From assembly GCA_963702025.1 (NCBI GenBank), contig OY969699.1:448001-512000 (forward strand): DNA of 64,000 nt. Direction: 5' to 3'. The notes under the pieces are model-generated. The model worked only from the letters and a program-made list of their open reading frames with translations, was not told the origin of the DNA and did not search any database. This stretch comes from an uncultured bacterium (GTDB taxonomy: Bacteria; Babelota; Babeliae; Babelales; Vermiphilaceae). A program made the translations under genes and the position numbers. Shown piece by piece: positions 19,848 to 29,763 of this stretch; position 1 is the first letter of the stretch, and every line of letters starts with the position of its first letter.

Positions 19848-20894
19848 TTAATTGTGCAATGGTATAGTTGCTGCAGTGCCAACACCAACTAATGCTGAAA
19901 CATTTGCAGAATGCTTGCGGTTATGAGCGATAAGGGCCGCTAAACCGCCCAATGCCAATGAGCCTCTTTCTATCCATGCTGATTCATTCTGTGCTTGCAG
20001 TTGATTTATCAAGCCGTTGATTGTGTTTCGATCTGAAATTTGTTGGTTGGCTAGATTTCTCATTGAAAGTTCATGATTATTTAATGCTTGTCTTGTACTG
20101 CTTTTATAAGCTAACAATCCGTTTGCTGCTTCTTGCATTTCTTGCTTGGTTGCAAATTTTTTCTCTGTCGCATTTATTTGATTAAGAAGCTCTTGTTCCC
20201 GTTGGGCCGCCAATTGAGCGTGGCATTGCAATTCATTAAACCGTTGTGCCAGTTGTTCATACGATTCTTTGAACATGGTAACGTTTTCTTGCGGGGCTTC
20301 GGTTTTAGCAGCCGTTGGCTTTGAGCTAAATACCCAACTTAAAAAACCGCCCTTATTATCTGCGGGAGCTTCCGTTTTACGTTGATTACAAAGAAGGCAT
20401 GATTGCAAGGTTTTATTGTTTGCAAAACATTTTTCATGAACCGCATGATTGCATTTATAAATATGTGGTTTGGTGCCATCATCAACCGGTTGTGCACAGA
20501 CAATGCATAACTCTTTTGCCACATTAATCGCACTATGCGGTTTAGGTTGTGGGGCACTTTGATTGCCGGCTTCAAGATCTGGTTCAGTGGATTCTTGTTG
20601 ATCCGGATAGTGGACCGTTTGATAAATAATGGTAGGAAATTCTTCCGGGTTTTCTTTACCCGTTTCAATGTCCTTGTTTTCGCGAAGAATGGCTTTGCAG
20701 TCTCGGCATCTATTTGCTCTGAAAGATAAAAGTGAAAAGGTTAAAGAATTTGAGTTAGGCTTTTCTTGCCCACAGGTGCCGCATATATTTTGGGAAGGCA
20801 TTTCCATGGCTGCTACTTGAGCAGGGATTGCAAGAGCGCCTACAATACCAATTGAAGAAAGAAATAAAACGCGTGATAACATAATAAACTCCAT
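19848..20894 (-). CDS. Secreted RING-H2 finger / coiled-coil protein
   Basis: CIVC-x14-CNHAVHEKC-x9-CLLC; N-terminal CGTC..CRDC; AA|MEMP. Confidence 0.75.
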   Translation of the reverse strand: MEFIMLSRVLFLSSIGIVGALAIPAQVAAMEMPSQNICGTCGQEKPNSNSLTFSLLSFRANRCRDCKAILRENKDIETGKENPEEFPTIIYQTVHYPDQQESTEPDLEAGNQSAPQPKPHSAINVAKELCIVCAQPVDDGTKPHIYKCNHAVHEKCFANNKTLQSCLLCNQRKTEAPADNKGGFLSWVFSSKPTAAKTEAPQENVTMFKESYEQLAQRFNELQCHAQLAAQREQELLNQINATEKKFATKQEMQEAANGLLAYKSSTRQALNNHELSMRNLANQQISDRNTINGLINQLQAQNESAWIERGSLALGGLAALIAHNRKHSANVSALVGVGTAATIPLHN

Positions 20895-20947
20895 TATCTA
20901 AGGGGGGTATAAAAATATCTATTAGTACTAATTCTACCTAAAAATAG

Positions 20948-21538
20948 CTATTTGTCAATAAAGGATTGCAGGCGTTGGGCAAATAGTTTTAACCTGCGGT
21001 AATCATTGCCAACCAGTAGTGAATAAGACTGTAAAAGCTCGCAAATGGCCTCATTTTTAAGTGTTTTTAGGGTATTTTGTTGTTTTAACAGGGCCAAAAG
21101 CAGTTCATCGATGGGTAAAGGGCCTGAAAAGCCAAAAAGAAGGGGAAGATAGCTGTTTTTTGCAAAAAAGAGTCTTGCCATCTCATCGTCGGCAATGCGC
21201 AAAAATGAATGGATTTTGGGGGGTTCAGGAGGGGTGATATAATAGATCCTTCCTTTATCTTGATATCCCATGCACAGGCAGGAAAAGCTGGTTTTTAAGA
21301 ATTCAAAAATCTGAGGCTGCTCAGCCCGCAATTCTTCATGGGTTTTTTGATAGGCAAAGGGATAGCGGGTGGGATCCATAGAGCCGGTTTGAATCTGGTA
21401 TACCAGGCCAAAAAGAGGACGATTGCCATTTTGGGCGATCACTAACGAGCCAAACTGTGGCATGATGTCCCATTGCCAGCATTGGCCCAGGAATGTTTGG
21501 AGGGAACTTTCTATGATTTCCGCGCAAGGTTTGGTCAT
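20948..21538 (-). CDS. HAS-barrel domain protein
   Basis: EIIESS..FLGQC..PQFGSLV..ELRAEQPQIFEFL..PPKIH pattern. Confidence 0.6.
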   Translation of the reverse strand: MTKPCAEIIESSLQTFLGQCWQWDIMPQFGSLVIAQNGNRPLFGLVYQIQTGSMDPTRYPFAYQKTHEELRAEQPQIFEFLKTSFSCLCMGYQDKGRIYYITPPEPPKIHSFLRIADDEMARLFFAKNSYLPLLFGFSGPLPIDELLLALLKQQNTLKTLKNEAICELLQSYSLLVGNDYRRLKLFAQRLQSFIDK

Positions 21539-21552
21539 GATTTATGTCTTTT

Positions 21553-22545
21553 CTAAATGTTCTTAATTTTTTCTATAACTTTATTTGCTAACGTCACACA
21601 AAAATTCTTTGTTGTTAATTTTCGGCCGGTTATTTCTTCCAGTACCTGAATATTTATGCCTTTTGCTTTTTCCAAAGCTTTTCGGGCTTCTTTATCAGAA
21701 ATGGTATGCTTTCTTTGCTGTTCAGGTAATACGGAAAATAATTCTGGCGGAAGCAATGAAAAATAGGTTGATTTATCTTTTTGTAATGCTTCAGCTATTT
21801 TTCGTGGCTGGCCAGTGACCGTTGTATGTTTAAGCAAAAGAATCATAGCAGTAATTTGATTACACCTTATAGCGATATCAAGTGGTGTTTCCTTTTTATT
21901 GTCTTTAGAGCCCAAGTAAACAGCCGGATTGGCTAACAAGCTGGGAACTAGTTCAGAGCATTTGCCGCCTGCGCACAGATGCAATGGTGTTAAATTATTG
22001 AAAGAGCTCGGGATGCTCACGCTAATTTTGGGATGTGCAAGAAGCAGCTTTGCGATTACAACATTTTCTTGCATAATTGCTTCAAACAACGGCGTTTCGC
22101 GGTTCACCTGAATGTCCTCATATGAGAGTAACAAACCCACCATTTCAGAATTGTTTGTTTTGGTTGCTAAAAATAACGGACTATAGTATCCAGCATGCTC
22201 AGCATTTATATTTGCACCACTGCTCACCAGAGTTTTAACTTTCTCTTTTTTATTATGTTGAATAGCATTCAATAATTGCATATCTAAACGGCGTTGATCG
22301 GCTTCTTTTTTCCGCTCTTCGCGGCTTGATTGGCGGCTCGAAGAAGAGGAAGTGTTTTCACTTTCATTACTTTTAGATGAACTGCCTGAGTCTTTAGATG
22401 AATCATCTGAAGATTCGGATGAATTTGAGTTATCGAATAACATTGGATTATAAGCCATTGCATTCAAGTAAGTTGTATTTGTTGCGAGTAACACTATTAA
22501 GAAAAATATATTTATAGGCCTGAGAGTTGATAAGAAATATGACAT
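21553..22545 (-). CDS. Secreted ankyrin-repeat protein with Ser-rich linker and C-terminal F-box-like motif
   Basis: SPLFLA/TPLFEA/TPLHLC/TPLDIA repeats; STYFSLLPPELF. Confidence 0.85.
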   Translation of the reverse strand: MSYFLSTLRPINIFFLIVLLATNTTYLNAMAYNPMLFDNSNSSESSDDSSKDSGSSSKSNESENTSSSSSRQSSREERKKEADQRRLDMQLLNAIQHNKKEKVKTLVSSGANINAEHAGYYSPLFLATKTNNSEMVGLLLSYEDIQVNRETPLFEAIMQENVVIAKLLLAHPKISVSIPSSFNNLTPLHLCAGGKCSELVPSLLANPAVYLGSKDNKKETPLDIAIRCNQITAMILLLKHTTVTGQPRKIAEALQKDKSTYFSLLPPELFSVLPEQQRKHTISDKEARKALEKAKGINIQVLEEITGRKLTTKNFCVTLANKVIEKIKNI

Positions 22546-22625
22546 GCTATTTTCCTTAGCAAGTGAGAATTTATTTTTTTTTATAGTCTATCATAATTGA
22601 TCAAGTTTTCTTTTTAGTTACATAA

Positions 22626-23087
22626 TCATTGTAGGCACGTAATAAGACTCTTTATCTTTACAGCATTCATATATCGGTTATAAAGCAGCTGCTTATGATC
22701 CATTGATTCCTTACTGCCCTTTTTAAGCAGTTGGTAGGCAGCCCAAAATAAGAATACCGTAGCCGCCTCATATGCCCTCCTTGGCTCAAGCCCGTCAATA
22801 AATCGAATTCCTAAAGTTGTAAGCGCTGTTGTAAGACATAGTGCGCCTCCGAGAAAAGCTAGAGGAAAAAATGGCTTCAATTTATTAAGTTCAATTTCTC
22901 CCCTTCGATAATTGACCATTTCACTGGCCATAATCAAATAAGCAGGGTCTGAAATCTTGCATCCATTTTCTTCAATTAAAGTCTGCAGCGTCACAAGATC
23001 ACTATCGAATATTGCAGTCTCAACCAAATCCCCATATACACTCTGAATAACCATCATTACAACAACTATTAAACTTATTTTTCTCAT
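22626..23087 (-). CDS. Exported/membrane hypothetical protein, paralog of the N-terminal half of 26834-28090
   Basis: DLVETAIFDSDL vs DLIEKAILESNL; RYMNAVKI vs KYENALKI. Confidence 0.65.
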   Translation of the reverse strand: MRKISLIVVVMMVIQSVYGDLVETAIFDSDLVTLQTLIEENGCKISDPAYLIMASEMVNYRRGEIELNKLKPFFPLAFLGGALCLTTALTTLGIRFIDGLEPRRAYEAATVFLFWAAYQLLKKGSKESMDHKQLLYNRYMNAVKIKSLITCLQ

Positions 23088-23135
23088 AATTAATCCTTGT
23101 AACCATCAGCATTATTTTCAATACAATCGTATATA

Positions 23136-24481
23136 TCAATGGTTCGGACATTTTTAACATCTGACAACTCCGGTTTCTATTACACTTTTTATCCCAGGGT
23201 GGAATTTAATCAAACTCAGGTCCAACCCTAAGATTGAAAAAATTAGATTTACCAGCATTTCATTATAGTTTCTCCTTTTGTGGCTTTGCATAGAAAATGG
23301 CGCTCTTTCATTGGTACCAGCCCCCGCTTCCGTCTCTTGAATTTTGGTCAAAAGAAGAGCGGTCGCTGAGGCATTTAAGTGGGCATGTATTTTTTCTTTA
23401 CTGCGGACTTGGAAGCCCAACAAATTGTTTTCCATCACGAAAGATGAACTCAATCTGAAAGCGTGAGCTATAGGTAACATGGATCTCCTGAGCGCTCAAA
23501 GTCAAATCGGTAGAGAACATGAGTACCAGGCCTTGCTTATTTTTACGCGTACGCACTAGACAAGCAACCTTAACCGTACACTTGAGATTTACACTATAAA
23601 AAGTTCCTTCATATAAATCATCTCCATCCTCAGTTGCGCATACAAAAGAGTAACTTTTCAAATCTTTCACATCAACTTTATCTCCATATTTTTTTGGCCG
23701 ACCTCTTCCTCCTTTTTTCTCAAAATTGAGGAACCGCAAATTAGCATCGCAACGCAACTTGCTTACTACGTGATAGCCGCATTTGCGAGCCATAGTGACA
23801 AACTTTTTGTTGGCAAAGTACGCATCAACAATGAGTAGCTTAATACTCAGAGGCAAGCCATGCAATTTCATCTTATTGAGCTGCTGTTCTGCGCAGTCAA
23901 CATAAAAATCCATTCGATTTGCTTCAGAAGCTCCAATCAACTTTTTGATTTCATCTTTTGGTGGTGTTTGGATCACCACGAGGGGATAAGCCGTATTTTT
24001 CTTAATATCGATAAGCGCGAATCCATTTCCTTCAAGACCCCTTTCAGACTTGCCGCTGGAGCCATTCCAAAATGATTCCAGGCCATAGGTTTTCTTGCCA
24101 GACTTTTTTATAAAAAACGGATCATAAGCTATTCCATAATGCCCATTTTCATCGATAATTTTGTTCACTGTCAAGCAATTGAATTGCAAGTAATCAAATG
24201 GCTTTTCAAAATTCCGAGAGAACGTTTTTTCGTCATAAGATGCATATCGCGCCATGTTACGAAAATTCATTCTTCCCCCCATCGATAATATCGTGCCAAG
24301 CATGCTTTCGATAAATTTTTTCTGAGGCTTATAAATTCCTGTCATTTTTTCTAAAATTTCCTGTATAATTTTCATTGCCGCATTTCAATCTTTTTTTAGA
24401 GGAAGTTTGATTGACTCCACTAATTATGGGTATGCGGTTTAAATTTTCAAGTTACTTTCAAAAAACTGTCCGAACTATTGA
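23136..24481 (-). mobile_element. Insertion sequence (IS701/IS4-like DDE superfamily)
   Basis: Terminal inverted repeats TCAATGGTTCGGACA / TGTCCGAACTATTGA (14/15 match); ATATA on both flanks as a probable target-site duplication. Confidence 0.85.
23154..24375 (-). pseudogene. Frameshifted DDE transposase
   Basis: YDP..KKSGKKTYG, VDAYF, GRGRPKKYG, YSSRFQIEFIFRDGKQ; the frame breaks at about 23415 and continues as QVRSKEKIHAHLNAS. Confidence 0.85.
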
Positions 24482-24681
24482 ATATAAAAGAGCTAGAATT
24501 AAATGCTTGGAAATACGGACAAAAAACAACTAATGGAAAAAATTGGAAAGTATTTAAAAGTAATGAAATAATAGGCGCCAACTCTGGTAAAGAAACATGT
24601 TTTATGAGAGTTGAATGTAGTGCCAACACTATACATGGTCATCCAATTTTAGAAAGTCAATATTTGGAGCTCATTAAATGA
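24482..24681 (+). pseudogene. Orphan polymorphic-toxin C-terminal fragment
   Basis: No own start (the TTG lies in the IS end); IGANSGKET..MRVE..TIHGHPI; overlaps the following immunity-like gene (ATGA). Confidence 0.6.
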
Positions 24682-25046
24682 AATCTAATAAAAAATTTAT
24701 TAAAAATCTAAAGATTCTAGATGGAATAATAATTTACGAAGATTTTGATATATCAGAGATGATTCCTTTTGAAAGCCAAAAGTATTCATTTAAAGAAGAC
24801 ATGCTTCAAATAAAATTTAACGATCGCTTCATTTTAGATGTAGGTTGGCAGCCGGAATTTGAAAAAAATGGATATTTTATCATCCGCGTTATTCTTGATA
24901 ATGATTGGCTTAATCCATTATTAGAAGCAAAAGCCCGTACGCTCAACGACTTGAAAAAAATAATAGAAAAGAGCGTTATCTTTGTAAAACAAGAAAAAGA
25001 AAAAAATTTACCTTATCGCAATATTGAATTTGAAAAATATGAATGA
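24678..25046 (+). CDS. Putative immunity protein
   Basis: KEDMLQI..LDVGWQPE motif; small; translationally coupled to the toxin fragment. Confidence 0.6.
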   Translation: MKSNKKFIKNLKILDGIIIYEDFDISEMIPFESQKYSFKEDMLQIKFNDRFILDVGWQPEFEKNGYFIIRVILDNDWLNPLLEAKARTLNDLKKIIEKSVIFVKQEKEKNLPYRNIEFEKYE

Positions 25047-25312
25047 ATTGTAGGCAGGATATTTATTACTTGAGACATTGTTTAGACGGAGTCAAGGCGA
25101 AAAATACTTTGAAATCAATCTTTTATAAGAATGAAAATATAATCGAACTTGCATTAGATGGATGGTCAAATGGACAATTTATTGATGCAAGCACTAAAGT
25201 TTATGATTGCGGTCGATTTATAGGCATTGACTTAATAGATAATCCTACAACGAAAATTAAAATTGTACTTAATGAAACTATGGACTCTTTTAGAACAGTA
25301 TTTCCGTGTTAG
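25043..25312 (+). CDS. Orphan toxin C-terminal domain (EndoU-like nuclease candidate)
   Basis: RH...KSIF...IG...TTKIKIV...RTVFP end pattern. Confidence 0.5.
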   Translation: MNCRQDIYYLRHCLDGVKAKNTLKSIFYKNENIIELALDGWSNGQFIDASTKVYDCGRFIGIDLIDNPTTKIKIVLNETMDSFRTVFPC

Positions 25313-25320
25313 GAATTTTA

Positions 25321-25625
25321 ATGGGAACAAATGTATCTGCAATGTCTTACAGCCCTAAAAAATGTATCGAAATTGCTCTATTTAGTGATGAGGAAATAAA
25401 AAGACTTAGAGAAATAGAAAACCAAAACGTGAAATTGGTTTCCTTAATCGATCCTTAGGATAATACTTTTTTTAATAAAAAACAGATAAAAATGCTTTAT
25501 GGTCAACTTGATTTAATTATCACTGAAGGATGCAGCGATAGCTGTTAAGAACTCTTGATAGCTTAAAGAATGCTATTGATAAAATGCCAGATGAGTATAG
25601 CTACCTTGTTTTTTTAGGAGATTAA
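25321..25625 (+). pseudogene. Degraded immunity-like gene
   Basis: MGTNVSA...LIDP*DNTFFNKKQ; frameshift, then ...YSYLVFLGD*. Confidence 0.65.
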
Positions 25626-25993
25626 TGGGAATGTCTTTTTGTATTATTAAAAGAATTGATGAGTTTGGAGAAATAGAGAAAATTTTTGAAAACATTGATT
25701 CTGGTTTTATTAAAAAAGTTAATGTATTTGCAGAGCGATTAAAGTTACTTCTACTTTCTTCGATAGATGGCGAGGACTGTAATATTTATAACATTATGCA
25801 ATTACAAGAAATAAAAAATGAATTGGCAGTTTTGCAAGCAAATATAAATATAGACAATTCCGGAATTCAAGTACTTCTGAAAGTTGTCGAAGAAACTATT
25901 GCAGAGGGCGATTACACGTATTTGAAAATATGTTCTATTGACAAAGATGATGAAATTATTGCGCCATTCCAACAATTTTTTAAGATCAAATAA
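25625..25993 (+). CDS. Immunity-like protein (ID..D..FN..Q family)
   Basis: LLSSIDGEDCNIYNIMQLQEIKNEL...YTYLKI. Confidence 0.6.
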   Translation: MGMSFCIIKRIDEFGEIEKIFENIDSGFIKKVNVFAERLKLLLLSSIDGEDCNIYNIMQLQEIKNELAVLQANINIDNSGIQVLLKVVEETIAEGDYTYLKICSIDKDDEIIAPFQQFFKIK

Positions 25994-26129
25994 ATCGTAA
26001 AAGTAATGACTTTTAAAGATACTATACGTTGTTAGAGAATGCATAGAATCAGGTAACTTCAAAACTATTATCGTCTTTGACTGAAGATGGAAAACGCATA
26101 GCCACTATGTTTCTAGTATAAGGATTAAA

Positions 26130-26465
26130 ATGTCGATTTATATATATATCTGTACTAAAAATAGTGTTTTTTTTGACTATGATAATCTACCATTAAATCT
26201 CGATCAGAAATATTTTGGCGCAATCGATACTTTTGATTCGAATTTTTATCTCAATATTAATCAACAGGATGTATATTTAATAAAATTTATTAATCATTCT
26301 AATAATGTTGTATTTAACAAAAAGCAAATGATTCGACTGCAAGGGGAAATAAATTCCCTTAAAAAAGGGACATTGGTAAAAGAATCAATTCTTATATTGC
26401 TTGAAACAGCAATCTCTTATGGGCTCCAGCAAGATGATGTCTATTTAAAATGCGAGATTGACTAA
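26130..26465 (+). CDS. Immunity-like protein (same family)
   Basis: LIKFINHSNNVVFNKKQMIRLQGEI...DVYLKCEID. Confidence 0.6.
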   Translation: MSIYIYICTKNSVFFDYDNLPLNLDQKYFGAIDTFDSNFYLNINQQDVYLIKFINHSNNVVFNKKQMIRLQGEINSLKKGTLVKESILILLETAISYGLQQDDVYLKCEID

Positions 26466-26777
26466 ATGATTAATCTAAAAATTATTGATGAATACAATGA
26501 GCTAATTCAAGATTATGGGCAACTAAACGTTCAGGATGTATTACGAGCTATAGATTATGCTGAAAAAAATAGCTTAATAAATATGAGTTGCGTTGATGTT
26601 TTTCAAGATACTTATTTCAATGCTAGCCAATTAAAAGACGTAAAACGAGAAATAGATATTTTGCAAAAAGTATCTCAAGATAATCTTAAAAACTTAATCG
26701 ATGTGCTTAAGCAAGCTATTGAGTTGATTTTAAAAGAAGGCGTTTTCAATTATCTCAAATTTGAAATTCGAGATTAA
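26466..26777 (+). CDS. Immunity-like protein (same family)
   Basis: MSCVDVFQDTYFNASQLKDVKREI...FNYLKFEIRD. Confidence 0.6.
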   Translation: MINLKIIDEYNELIQDYGQLNVQDVLRAIDYAEKNSLINMSCVDVFQDTYFNASQLKDVKREIDILQKVSQDNLKNLIDVLKQAIELILKEGVFNYLKFEIRD

Positions 26778-26833
26778 GAAAATTCATGTAAATAATAAAC
26801 AAAAAATTCTAACAATAAAAACTATAGGAAAAC

Positions 26834-28090
26834 ATGAAAAAACTACTTTTTACATTATCTATAATCACCTTCAACGCATTTGCGGATGATCTTATTGAAA
26901 AAGCTATTTTAGAAAGTAACCTGGATGTTCTCACCGCTGAAATTGAAAACAGAAAAAAAATGAATGCGCCTTTAACGCCAAATGAACAGTTAAAATATTC
27001 GGATCTGGGCAGCGAGGTGCTTCTTCGCCGAAGAGATCAGCTGGAACTGCCATTAGAAAGAAATACTGCTATGAAATCTGACAATCAAGAAATCTTCCCT
27101 TGGGCAGGCTTACAATTTCTTGTTGGTTTTATTGGATCAATTTGCATCCCATCGGCATTGTTTATCAAATTAATTGAACCCGATAAAAATTATTCTTTCA
27201 GAGAAAAAAGTGCTTTAATTGCCGGCGCGGTGTTAGCAGAAATTCCGTGCATTTGGCTAATGGGAAGATATGTTAAAGAAGTGGAAGAAAAGAAAAAAAT
27301 CCGTGAAGCCAAATATGAAAATGCGCTTAAAATTTGGCAAATATTGTTTGATAATCTTACTATTTCTGAAGAAATATCCTTAATCCCGCCTGTAGGTCAA
27401 GATGAAAAAAAATTTAAACGGCAGGCATTTTTCTGGGTAAGTTTAAGAGATTTAGACGGAATATCACAAAGTCTGCGCAATCCTGAATTCATAGATTTTT
27501 TACAGTGTCATGCGGATCCGATTGCAAATGAAATTATAATTGAGATGCGTGAATGGGAAAATCAAAAAAAAGAAGTGGTCCCTTTAACAACACAAGATAA
27601 AAAATTCGTTGATAGGGCCCTAAAGTATTTTTTCTCAAAAATGAATTCTACTGAAAAATACACTCGCTGCATCGGCACACAATTACAACAAGAGGTCCAT
27701 CTTCATATCGTGGGGCAGCTCGATCGGTGGGCAAATCTTGCGGAGAGATCTAAACAGTCTAACCATAATTTCTTAAAGCTAGCGGTCGAGGCAAGCCTCA
27801 TTATGTTTGAGGAATGTTGCATTGCGAATGCTGAAGAATATAGCGAATTGATAAAAAGTATGTGTTTCTTTAATGATGCTTTGCTTGAACTTATGATAAG
27901 CGTTGCTGAAAAAAATCACAATGCTATTCGGGCAGGATTTAAAAAACTGGGAGAAGAAGGCATAAAAGTACTTGAGCTACTAAAAAAAGAAAATAGCATT
28001 CTATTTCCAGAAGATTCATTTTTTTCCTTGCATACTGAAGCTCGCATAAAAAATATTGGCTACGAATATAAATTTTATAGCACAATGTAA
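26834..28090 (+). CDS. Exported/membrane hypothetical protein (signal peptide, 2 TM, extra C-terminal helical domain)
   Basis: MKKLLFTLSIITFNAFA|DDL; N-terminal half paralogous to 22626-23087. Confidence 0.7.
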   Translation: MKKLLFTLSIITFNAFADDLIEKAILESNLDVLTAEIENRKKMNAPLTPNEQLKYSDLGSEVLLRRRDQLELPLERNTAMKSDNQEIFPWAGLQFLVGFIGSICIPSALFIKLIEPDKNYSFREKSALIAGAVLAEIPCIWLMGRYVKEVEEKKKIREAKYENALKIWQILFDNLTISEEISLIPPVGQDEKKFKRQAFFWVSLRDLDGISQSLRNPEFIDFLQCHADPIANEIIIEMREWENQKKEVVPLTTQDKKFVDRALKYFFSKMNSTEKYTRCIGTQLQQEVHLHIVGQLDRWANLAERSKQSNHNFLKLAVEASLIMFEECCIANAEEYSELIKSMCFFNDALLELMISVAEKNHNAIRAGFKKLGEEGIKVLELLKKENSILFPEDSFFSLHTEARIKNIGYEYKFYSTM

Positions 28091-28135
28091 CATAAAGCTT
28101 GCTTAGAGCGTAATCAAAAAGAGGTTTGCACCGCG

Positions 28136-28240
28136 ATGCTTCGATCCAGCCTTCGCAAAAATGCTTCGATGAGCTCAGCACGAACGGGAATTCCCGATTA
28201 TATTGAGCGAGCATTAGCGAGTCGAAGGACACGAATGGTT
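28136..28240. repeat. Cluster of REP-like elements between convergent genes
   Basis: ATGCTTCGATGAGCTCAGCACGAACGGG and TTGAGCGAGCATTAGCGAGTCGAAGG. Confidence 0.65.
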
Positions 28241-28249
28241 TCTGGCGAA

Positions 28250-28879
28250 TTATCCACGTTTTTTGAGTTCATTGATAATAAGTTGCTTTTTAGCCTCACC
28301 AAATTCCTGGGCAATAGCAATTGCCTGTTGATCGCTAATTCTATATTTTTCTTTTACGTATAATTCCAGCTCATTCATTAGATCTTTTGGCAACAATGAT
28401 AGGTAACAAGTTTTTTCGGCGGATACTTGCTTGGCCCCAGACCATTCAAAAGAACTCTTTTTTTTATGATTCAGCAACAGAGATACGCTCGCGGATCCTT
28501 GTGCTGAGCACATTTGCAGTGCTGAATGCAGAGGACAAATAGTATTGGTCCCGGTTGCCATAACATCTATGGTAGGGCAATCAAGCAATAGTTTTATCAT
28601 GTCGGTTTTAAATAAATAAATGGCATGTTTTAACACGGTGCCGCCTACCGCGTCAAATGCATTGGGATTTGCACCTTTATTGAGCAATTGAGCGGCGGTT
28701 TGAATATCGCTGGCGCTTACTGCTTTTGCCAGATTCTGGCAAAGCTGCTCTTTGGCCCATATCTGTTGCAAAGCATCTTGATAACAATCGGTAAAATCCT
28801 GATTGCTCATTGCGGACGAGTGGGTTGCAACGAGTAAGTTGAGCGCAAAAAATGTGAAAACCCATAATCCATTTCTCAT
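28250..28879 (-). CDS. Secreted ankyrin protein with F-box-like motif
   Basis: SSA|MSNQ; LLNKGANPN; CYLSLLPKDLMNELELY. Confidence 0.85.
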   Translation of the reverse strand: MRNGLWVFTFFALNLLVATHSSAMSNQDFTDCYQDALQQIWAKEQLCQNLAKAVSASDIQTAAQLLNKGANPNAFDAVGGTVLKHAIYLFKTDMIKLLLDCPTIDVMATGTNTICPLHSALQMCSAQGSASVSLLLNHKKKSSFEWSGAKQVSAEKTCYLSLLPKDLMNELELYVKEKYRISDQQAIAIAQEFGEAKKQLIINELKKRG

Positions 28880-29736
28880 TCGATTTCCATAGTTTTTCTT
28901 TTTTTAATGGTGACACTTTTTTTAATCGCTTCACGCGCTAATGCTCGTTTTCTTAATTCATTCCGTATTATTGTTCTTACTTCGCGACTGCTGACTTGCT
29001 GCGCTATTTTCCGGGCTTGTTCATCAGTGATGCTATATGCACGCTGATATAGCCCACACGCACCAACCACCATATCATGTGGCATGAGTGAAAAGTAGGT
29101 GCTTGGGTCATGATTTAATTTTTTTAATAATTCAATTTTTTGCGTATCGGGGACCGTATGATTAAACAACAAAGTGAGTATTTCGCCATTTTCCTCTGCT
29201 AATGCTACCTTGAGTGGTGTTTCATTATCGTTAGCAGGAGTATGTATGTCGGTATGCGGGTGGCCAAGCAACAGTTTTATAACCTCACGCTTGTTATGCC
29301 GTGTAGCAAAAAATAGTGGGGTCCATCCAAAATCAGTTTTTTTATTAACATCAATATCAGCCCGCGTAAGTAACAATTTTATTATTCCAATATGGCCGCC
29401 CCAGATTGCTTTATGGAGTGGTGTTTGACCAAACTCATTTTGTACATTTACGTTTATATCGTGTGAAAGAAATAATTGTATTACCTCTTCATTATCATTA
29501 TCGGCAGCAACCAGCAATGCCCGATTGCGTCCGTTGCGCAGTAGGTTTGTTATTTCAGAAGATTTTTTTTCATTCTCTTCTTTTTGTTGTTTTTCAAGTA
29601 AATGCGCAACTTTATCCGTATCGCCTACCTTGGCAGCATGAATTAATTGTTTATTAAGTTCATCAATGGTCATCTCCATGCCGGCGGCGTTGCGCATAAG
29701 GGCGAGTGCGAGGATGATAATTATTTTAATTTTCAT
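28876..29736 (-). CDS. Secreted ankyrin protein with F-box-like motif
   Basis: AAG|MEMT; GQTPLHKA, GWTPLFFA; TYFSLMPHDMV. Confidence 0.88.
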   Translation of the reverse strand: MKIKIIIILALALMRNAAGMEMTIDELNKQLIHAAKVGDTDKVAHLLEKQQKEENEKKSSEITNLLRNGRNRALLVAADNDNEEVIQLFLSHDINVNVQNEFGQTPLHKAIWGGHIGIIKLLLTRADIDVNKKTDFGWTPLFFATRHNKREVIKLLLGHPHTDIHTPANDNETPLKVALAEENGEILTLLFNHTVPDTQKIELLKKLNHDPSTYFSLMPHDMVVGACGLYQRAYSITDEQARKIAQQVSSREVRTIIRNELRKRALAREAIKKSVTIKKRKTMEIE

Positions 29737-29763
29737 GTTTTTTCTCCATTATTTTTGCTCTTA

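Noticed and set aside
25321..25625. Stop-codon recoding suggested by the in-frame TAG
   Set aside because: The same gene also has a frameshift, and TAG terminates normal genes elsewhere (e.g. rpsR), so this is ordinary decay
28136..28363. Short ORFs 27939-28232 and 28136-28363
   Set aside because: They span REP-like repeats and overlap real genes on either strand
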